Origin: an uncultured Ruminococcus sp.
GTDB taxonomy: Bacteria > Bacillota > Clostridia > Oscillospirales > CAG-272
Length of the DNA: 64,000 nucleotides
Assembly: GCA_905202255.1 (NCBI GenBank)
Contig: CAJKRH010000001.1
Location: 18,940-82,939 of the forward strand
Direction: 5' to 3'
Shown: positions 53,298-59,574 of the stretch, one piece after another
Layout of the letters: the number at the start of each line of letters is the position of its first letter
How positions within the stretch are numbered: position 1 is the stretch's first letter
Translations under genes and position numbers: made by a program
The notes under the pieces: generated by a model
Databases searched by the model: none
Told to the model about the DNA's origin: nothing
Seen by the model: only the letters and a program-made list of their open reading frames with translations

Positions 53298-53747
53298 TCA
53301 TGCCCCGCATAAAACCTTATAGCGAAACCGAATTAACCCGACAACCCTTGAAAAATCTATGTTTTTCTTGGTTGCCTCTATTATATCTCTCTCCCCGATG
53401 ATGCTCATTTTGCCCGTGAAAATATTGAAAAGTTGCGGCAATTCGTCTATACTCATTTTTCGCATCCACCGCCCGCATTTAAGTATATACTGCTCCGGAT
53501 TTTCAAGCATATGCGTCGGCATATCATGCGGTGTAGACATTTTCATACTTCGGAATTTGAGCAAACCGAACTGCGTTTTATGTATACCGATTCTCTTTTG
53601 TCTGAAAAATACGGGACCCGGATCCTCTGCTTTTATGATAAATGCGAAGACAATCATCGGCAAAGCCAAGACAACGATCCCGATGAAAGACAACACTATA
53701 TCAATCAACCGTTTAAAAAAATGCCTATACATTTTCGTTGAAACCAA
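53298..53747 (-). pseudogene. Truncated second sugar transferase
   Basis: It matches the sugar transferase family through ...MSIDELPQLFNIFTGKMSIIG, then loses the PRP motif and ends at 149 aa. Intact members are about 200-230 aa. Confidence 0.55.
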
Positions 53748-53943
53748 CTTTCAAAAATCATTTTCTATGAGAAACATCCGAAAAACACTGCGGAGGTGAC
53801 GAATAGAATGTGCAGAACACTGTTGCAGACATTGCAAAATCATAAGCAAAGTTCGCCATTGACCGCGTGTGCAACATGTGAAAAATATTATGCATTCGCG
53901 GTCATAATTTGTCCTCCAAAGTCGATTTACACCTTCGTCTATA

Positions 53944-54077
53944 CATAGTTTTATTATATCATAAGGCACTCGACATGTCAATACTTTTTAAGCATAGTTT
54001 TTAAGCATAGTTATATTATCCGTAAATCAGGGATAAACTTTTTTCGCACACTAACTGGATAATATAAAAGCATAGTT
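53944..54077. repeat. Four copies of CATAGTT (three of them as AAGCATAGTT) upstream of the polysaccharide operon
   Basis: The copies are at 53944, 53993, 54006 and 54071. ACATAGTTTTATTATATC and GCATAGTTATATTATC are longer related versions. Confidence 0.6.
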
Positions 54078-54185
54078 GTATCTTAGCTTACAACTTTCTG
54101 CCATTCTTTATTTTTGTAATCATCCATAATATGGCAAAAGCGGTCTTTCCGATTACACGGAAAGGCCGCCTTTTCTTATTCATTA

Positions 54186-54893
54186 TTATACCCTCCCCAA
54201 AACTCTTCCGCAGCAGAACACGCTGTCATGCTCGGAGAGGCGTATGGGCTTATACTTTTCGTTATGCGAGATCAGGCAACCGTTCCCGCGCTCCTTGATG
54301 AAGACATCGCCGTTGACAACGAAGATACCGATCTCGCCGGCATCGACGGAGTCGCATTTTTCAACAAACACCTTGTCTCCGTCATGGTAGGTCGGCTCCA
54401 TGCTGTCGCCGCCAACAGAAATCACGAAGTCCGCCTTCTCCGCTTCCTTGGATTCGGGAACAAGAATCTCTTCGGCAATCTCGCTGTCAAGAATATTGCC
54501 CGTACCTGCGGAAGCCGGAAGCGTGTAATAATCCATTCTCAGCATACGGCACTTGGCTTTCCTGACGGTTGCGGCTACTCGCCTGTACTCGCTGTCAATA
54601 AGATAATTCACGATTTCTTTACCGTGTTCGTCAAGGACGCGGTATTTTTTTATCGTCTCCCATTCGGCAGCCGTAGGACGTTCCGACATCGACCTGCAAC
54701 CGATCATCTCGTCTGCGGATACACCGAGAAGGTTACAGAGCTTCGCCAGCTTGTCACAATCGGGGCGACCGATTCCCTTTTCCCAGTTGTATATCACCCT
54801 GCCGGAGCTTTCGCCGAGCGCATCGGCAATCTCCTGTTGCGTCATGCCGCGGATACCTCTGTATTTTTTAATCTGTTCGCCTATTACGCTCAT
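54186..54893 (-). CDS. CI/LexA-like repressor (XRE HTH plus S24 peptidase domain)
   Basis: IKKYRGIRGMTQQEIADALG is the HTH. The C-terminal VGGDSMEPTYHDGDKVFVE...VFIKE carries the S24 Ser/Lys dyad context. Confidence 0.8.
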   Translation of the reverse strand: MSVIGEQIKKYRGIRGMTQQEIADALGESSGRVIYNWEKGIGRPDCDKLAKLCNLLGVSADEMIGCRSMSERPTAAEWETIKKYRVLDEHGKEIVNYLIDSEYRRVAATVRKAKCRMLRMDYYTLPASAGTGNILDSEIAEEILVPESKEAEKADFVISVGGDSMEPTYHDGDKVFVEKCDSVDAGEIGIFVVNGDVFIKERGNGCLISHNEKYKPIRLSEHDSVFCCGRVLGRV

Positions 54894-54924
54894 ACCGAAT
54901 TCCTCCGAATTTTATTACGCATAC

Positions 54925-54953
54925 AGTATACCACATCTCATTGTAGTTGTCAA
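54925..54953 (-). promoter_or_regulatory. Promoter for the repressor (TTGACA-17 nt-TATACT)
   Basis: On the minus strand TTGACA at 54953..54948 and TATACT at 54930..54925. Confidence 0.55.
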
Positions 54954-54983
54954 GAACAAATACAATTATTTTGTGCGCAGCTA

Positions 54984-55012
54984 TTGACAACACAATATTC
55001 TTGTAGTATAAT
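54984..55012 (+). promoter_or_regulatory. Divergent consensus promoter (TTGACA-17 nt-TATAAT)
   Basis: TTGACA at 54984..54989 and TATAAT at 55007..55012. The two -35 boxes form the inverted repeat GTTGTCAA/TTGACAAC. Confidence 0.6.
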
Positions 55013-55042
55013 ATCAAATACACAACGAGAAAGGAGAACAAT

Positions 55043-55330
55043 ATGGCGGGCAAGCGAAAAAACTTCTTTATGGTTGACAACAGAATCTTTGAATACGGTC
55101 TGAAACCGCGGGACATCGCCGTCTATTGTTTTCTTTGTCGTCGTATGAACCGTGAAAGCAATGTGGCTTTTCCTTCCCGGAGAGATATCGCAAACGGGTG
55201 CGGAATCAGGAAAGAGGAAACCGTGGACAAGGCAATTAAATCTCTTCTCGAAAAAGACCTGATTGAAAAATTTCACCGATACACGAATGCGGGCGATTAC
55301 GGCTCCAACGTGTATCGGCTGAAAATGTGA
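55043..55330 (+). CDS. Winged-helix DNA-binding protein
   Basis: 95 aa containing ...FFMVDNRIFEYGLKPRDIAVYCFLCRR...FPSRRDIANGCGIRKEETVDKAIKSLLEKDLIEK. Confidence 0.6.
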   Translation: MAGKRKNFFMVDNRIFEYGLKPRDIAVYCFLCRRMNRESNVAFPSRRDIANGCGIRKEETVDKAIKSLLEKDLIEKFHRYTNAGDYGSNVYRLKM

Positions 55331-55550
55331 CCGGGTGGTGTCTGAAATGGTGGTGCTAACAAGAAATCTTAACCATATATCTTATATGCAGAAGAGAACA
55401 ATAAGTTATATAGGCTAATTCGCGGTTTTTTCTTCTGCACTTATTCCCGGCGCTCTGCGTCCGGGGTTGTGGCAAGCATAGCGCGTGGATGTCCACCGCC
55501 TTTCGGCGGCACACTTCCCGCACACAATCGGGCAGAAGCCCGAACCCACT

Positions 55551-55578
55551 TACCTTTTCTTTGCGAAAAGAAAAGGTA
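55551..55578 (+). promoter_or_regulatory. Candidate oriT hairpin
   Basis: A perfect 12-bp inverted repeat, TACCTTTTCTTT-GCGA-AAAGAAAAGGTA, lies 60 nt upstream of the mobC-like start. Confidence 0.4.
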
Positions 55579-55638
55579 ATCCAAAAGAACCGAATCAGAG
55601 AAGCAACAGCAAAAAAACATGTGCGAAAGGAGAAACCG

Positions 55639-55956
55639 TTGAGCAGAAAACAAACAGAAACCCTGACCATTCGCCTCACAGCGGAAGAAAAAATGGAGTT
55701 GCAGAAGAAAATGTACGAAGCCGTCTCACCTTCCATGCGCGATTTCATTCTCAAAATGTGCCGTGACGGGAAGATTATTGTCAATGAAGAGCTGCGGGAG
55801 CTGAACCGTGAACTGAAATATCAGGGCAACAATCTCAATCAGCTCACGCGGCTGGCACATCAGAATCGTTTTTCTTCTGCCGATCTTTCACAGCTTCTTT
55901 CGGTTTACAGAAAAATTCTTGCAGCACTCGGAGGGCAAAATCATGGCGGTTGTTGA
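55639..55956 (+). CDS. mobC: MobC-like relaxosome accessory protein
   Basis: A TTG start lies 7 nt after AGGAG. (L)SRKQTETLTIRLTAEEKMELQKKMYEAVSPSMRDFILKM...LKYQGNNLNQLTRLAHQN is the MobC pattern. The upstream part of the tracked ORF overlaps hairpins. Confidence 0.7.
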   Translation: MSRKQTETLTIRLTAEEKMELQKKMYEAVSPSMRDFILKMCRDGKIIVNEELRELNRELKYQGNNLNQLTRLAHQNRFSSADLSQLLSVYRKILAALGGQNHGGC

Positions 55957-57349
55957 AAGCATTCCGGAAAAAGTACAGACGCCGAGCGCACAGAAAGGTG
56001 TGCTTGATTACTGTATGCAACCGTCAAAAACCTTTGACGAGGGCGAACAGCTTGCGTATATTTCCGGCTACAACTGCATTCCCGAGATGGCAAACGAATC
56101 GTTCCTCGCCACTCAAAAGGTGTTCGGTCATGCGGCGGGCGGCGTTCGTTTCTATCATTTCGTGCAGTCTTTTATGCCCGGAGAGAATATTTCTCCGCAG
56201 GAGGTCAACGAAATCGGGGTGGAGCTTATCAAAAGCTTCGGCAACCGTGAAGCAATCATCGCCACGCATATCGACCGCGAGCATCTGCACAATCACATTG
56301 TCGTATGCACCTATGACCTTGTTGACGGTCGGAAACTGCATTACAATAAATTTTTCCTTGCCGATTTGCGAAAAGCGAGCGATGAAATCTGTCAGGCTCA
56401 CGGGCTGAAAGTACTTCGGGAATACGATCCGAACGTTAAATCCCAACGCATGAAGCCGAAGGAATATCGCGCGGCACTGAACGGCAACAGCATGAAAATG
56501 GCACTCTGCGCAACGATTGATTTCTGTATGACAAAGGCAAAAACGCGGAACGAGTTTCAAAGTGAAATGAAAAAGTACGGTTATGAAATGGTATGGACTC
56601 CCGAGAGAAAGTACATCACCTACATCCTCCGCGGCAGGGACGGAACGGAAAAGCGCGTGCGTGACAAGAGTTTATTTGATGAAAAATACCGAAAGGAGAA
56701 CATGGAGCATGAATTCAGAATCCGGGAAGAGCTATATGGACAAGCTCAAAGCAAAGAATATTCCGCCGCAAATTCAGGCGGAAATGCAGACGGAAGAAGA
56801 AATACCGACGGTGCAGATCAGCGTCGCGGAGTGGGACGAGCTGATCGCTTCGGTGAGCCGTTTGGAGGAGCTTTCAGCCGAGCTGACGGCGCAGAGGACG
56901 GCTTTTGCGGCGGAGGCAGGCAAGTATACCGAACAGATTACGAAGGCGATACAGGCGCAGAACGAGGCGACAGCGGCAGCGATACGGAAGATTTCGGAGG
57001 ACGCCTCCGAACAGGTTGGGAAAGCGAGCGAAAAAGCCTCGAAACTTATCTGCAGAAGAAGCATACGGGACGACGCACTGTGGTGGCTTCGCATGGCGTA
57101 CGCGGCAATTCCGATGATACTGACCTTGCTCTTATGGGCATACGTGGGCTTGAAAGCCTGACGGATATTCTTGAAGACGGCGATGAATCCGAGGAAGAAA
57201 AGCGGGAGCGAGAAGCAAGAAATACAGGAACCGCTCTCGGCATTGCCGCCGGAGTTATTGCCGGCATGGCAATCGGACTCGGGCAAGATGAGGACGGAGA
57301 TATTGAAGAAGACGAGGATGAAAACGAAGACTTCGGAATGACAATGTAG
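55943..57349 (+). CDS. Relaxase/mobilization nuclease (MobA/VirD2 family)
   Basis: The N-terminal domain carries the histidine motif ATHIDREHLHNHIVV. GGAGGG RBS. The C-terminal part is low complexity with TGWESER and ends ...EDFGMTM, as recalled for Clostridia relaxases. Confidence 0.8.
   Translation: MAVVESIPEKVQTPSAQKGVLDYCMQPSKTFDEGEQLAYISGYNCIPEMANESFLATQKVFGHAAGGVRFYHFVQSFMPGENISPQEVNEIGVELIKSFGNREAIIATHIDREHLHNHIVVCTYDLVDGRKLHYNKFFLADLRKASDEICQAHGLKVLREYDPNVKSQRMKPKEYRAALNGNSMKMALCATIDFCMTKAKTRNEFQSEMKKYGYEMVWTPERKYITYILRGRDGTEKRVRDKSLFDEKYRKENMEHEFRIREELYGQAQSKEYSAANSGGNADGRRNTDGADQRRGVGRADRFGEPFGGAFSRADGAEDGFCGGGRQVYRTDYEGDTGAERGDSGSDTEDFGGRLRTGWESERKSLETYLQKKHTGRRTVVASHGVRGNSDDTDLALMGIRGLESLTDILEDGDESEEEKREREARNTGTALGIAAGVIAGMAIGLGQDEDGDIEEDEDENEDFGMTM
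56709..57161 (+). CDS. Candidate nested gene in an alternative frame inside the relaxase gene (coiled coil plus C-terminal TM helix)
   Basis: AAAGGAGAA lies 10 nt upstream of ATG 56709. The 150-aa product is MNSESGKSYMDKLKAKNIPPQ...AEWDELIASVSRLEELSAELTAQRTAFAAEAGKYTEQITKAIQAQNEA...ALWWLRMAYAAIPMILTLLLWAYVGLKA. Confidence 0.4.
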   Translation: MNSESGKSYMDKLKAKNIPPQIQAEMQTEEEIPTVQISVAEWDELIASVSRLEELSAELTAQRTAFAAEAGKYTEQITKAIQAQNEATAAAIRKISEDASEQVGKASEKASKLICRRSIRDDALWWLRMAYAAIPMILTLLLWAYVGLKA

Positions 57350-57594
57350 TCTGAATTTTCTCTTTTATCTCCGGCAATAATGAAAGGGGTGATGCGGCAC
57401 ATAAAAAATGCGGGTTTGCGTACATAAAGGCACTGCCGGACAGACGGTCGGAATATGCTGTCGGACATAGCATCCGGCGCGGGCAAATCTGCCTTTTCGG
57501 AGGAACGATTGAACTTATTCTTTCCCGCAAACGCAAAGCCGCGAAAAAAGACGGGCGCGTTCACGCAAAAAAATGAAGAAATGAGGTGGGTCAT

Positions 57595-57840
57595 ATGGAG
57601 ATGAACATTCATCATGACAGCAAAACGGTCGATATATGGCTCACCGGAAGCGAGGCGCGGGACGAAAGCTTCCGTCGCTCGCTTGAGCCGTATTACCGGC
57701 AATTTGCGAAGCACAAGTATTTTGTGTCGGTGTTTGAATCGGGCGACCGGGAGCTGTTACCGGATACCGTCCTGCTCCTCCGCCACAATCTTGAGCTTCA
57801 GATGAAAGCCGAACCTGCGACAGAGCAGGTTCAGGCGTAA
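57595..57840 (+). CDS. Hypothetical small protein
   Basis: Open frame with GAGGTGG upstream. The start is ambiguous (57586 GTG, 57595 ATG or 57601 ATG). No recognisable motif. Confidence 0.45.
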   Translation: MEMNIHHDSKTVDIWLTGSEARDESFRRSLEPYYRQFAKHKYFVSVFESGDRELLPDTVLLLRHNLELQMKAEPATEQVQA

Positions 57841-57910
57841 AAAACGGGGCAGGAGGCGCAATGCCTTCTGCCCTGTTGCATACCTTTTTGTGCTCAAAAT
57901 TCCGCCGGTT

Positions 57911-59197
57911 TCAGTTTTTCAGAGCCGTAATCGAGACGACAAAAACACCGTCCGGGCGGACATATGCCGCATTGGAGAGCCCGCAGATGACGCAAAGAAC
58001 CGACGGAGCCACGCCTCCGTTCTTCTCAATATCGTTGCGAAGTGCAACAAGTTCTGTTGCGGCTTTATCGATTTGGTTGGCACCGAGCTTTATCTCAAAC
58101 GCGCACCATTTTCCGTCCTTCAATTCAACCACCGCGTCAATTTCCTTGTTGTTGTAGTCCTGATAATGATACAGGTTCGCCCCGAACGACTCGGCATAAA
58201 TCTTCAGATCGCGTTCCACCAGAGCTTCAAACAGAAATCCAAAGGTTTCAAGGTCGCCGATCAGCTTATCCGGAGTGGCTTTCAGCAAGGCACAGGCAAG
58301 CGCGGGATCGCAGAAATGTCTTTTTTCGGCTTGCTTCACGCGAACGGAAGAACGGATATTTGCAGAAAAAGGAAGTTGATTGTCAAGCAGAAAAAGACGG
58401 TTGAAAACATCCAGATACGTGGCTATCGTGTCCATATCGATTGCTTCATCATCAAATTCGCGGATATCGTTCAGCAGTTTTTTCTTGGTAGCCGTTGTGC
58501 TTTCGTTGCGGGCAAGGGAGCGCAGAAGAAGACGCATTTTTGCCACATCATATTTTTTGCCGTCAATGCTCTGTGAATCATCGTCAAGTATGGCATCAAG
58601 ATAGGATTGCGGCAACAGCGAAGCATTTTCCGGCGTAACATTCAAGTTCCCGGGCCATCCTCCGCGTACCGTATAATATGCAAGGTCACGCAGACTGACC
58701 TCGCCTGTCATTGCCGGGGTAATCTTGCCATTGCAGAGCTCTTCCAATGAAACAACGCCCCCGGATTCACCGGACTCATAAAGAGACATGGTGCGCATGC
58801 GCAATCTTCCGATTCTGCCGGCACCGCTGTGAAGAACCCCCTTGCGTTTTGGTGTGGAGGAGCCGGTCAGAATAAACTGCCCCTTTTCCGCCCGACCGTC
58901 AACCGTGTACCGAACTGCATCCCAGATTGAGGGAACCTCCTGCCACTCGTCAAGCAGACGCGGCGTTTCGCCTTCCAGAACAATGGACGGAGACATTTCC
59001 GCCAATGCACGGTTCTGAAAATTGTTTGCAGGATCACCGATTAAAAACTCACTTTTGCTATGAAATGAAGAAGTCCATGTTTTCCCGCACCATTTGGGAC
59101 CTTCGATACACACCGCGCCGAAGGCGGACAAATATCTGCAAACTGCGCTGTCGATAACACGCGGCTTGTATTTCGATGGTTCAGCGATTTTTTTCAT
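57911..59197 (-). CDS. AAA_14/DUF4143-type ATP-binding protein
   Basis: Walker A IEGPKWCGKTW, a Walker B-like segment and a C-terminal DUF4143-like region. 428 aa. Confidence 0.7.
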   Translation of the reverse strand: MKKIAEPSKYKPRVIDSAVCRYLSAFGAVCIEGPKWCGKTWTSSFHSKSEFLIGDPANNFQNRALAEMSPSIVLEGETPRLLDEWQEVPSIWDAVRYTVDGRAEKGQFILTGSSTPKRKGVLHSGAGRIGRLRMRTMSLYESGESGGVVSLEELCNGKITPAMTGEVSLRDLAYYTVRGGWPGNLNVTPENASLLPQSYLDAILDDDSQSIDGKKYDVAKMRLLLRSLARNESTTATKKKLLNDIREFDDEAIDMDTIATYLDVFNRLFLLDNQLPFSANIRSSVRVKQAEKRHFCDPALACALLKATPDKLIGDLETFGFLFEALVERDLKIYAESFGANLYHYQDYNNKEIDAVVELKDGKWCAFEIKLGANQIDKAATELVALRNDIEKNGGVAPSVLCVICGLSNAAYVRPDGVFVVSITALKN

Positions 59198-59510
59198 AAC
59201 AAAATACCTCCGGATTGTTTTTCACATATATTATAACCCATTCCTTGATATTTTGCAAGCCTATTCCGAGAAATTTTGAAATTTCATTCGGTATAATTTT
59301 GAATATTCATTCCGTGAGATTTTGAATTACAGCATTGAAAATGCTACGCTTATTATAGCACGTTGACCTCAAAAGTCAGCAAAAGTTGAAATCATAAACT
59401 TCTTTATTTCAAAAAATCGTGTTTTATTGAAACAAACCGGCGAACCGCGCCTTGTTAATTTCAAAATTCCACGGCAAATGATAACAATTCATGTCTTTGC
59501 AAATATCTCA

Positions 59511-59539
59511 TTGACAGCGGGCGGGTTTTGTGATACAAT
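59511..59539 (+). promoter_or_regulatory. Promoter of the recombinase gene (TTGACA-17 nt-TACAAT with TG extension)
   Basis: TTGACA at 59511..59516, TG at 59531..59532 and TACAAT at 59534..59539. Confidence 0.6.
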
Positions 59540-59574
59540 GTTATCAGCAATACATCAAAGGAGTGATTATCAAT

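Noticed and set aside
55489-55638. The N-terminal 50 codons of tracked ORF 55489..55956.
   Set aside because: This stretch is Arg/Ser/Thr-rich with no RBS and runs through three hairpins. A TTG at 55639 with AGGAG 7 nt upstream gives a typical MobC-sized protein.
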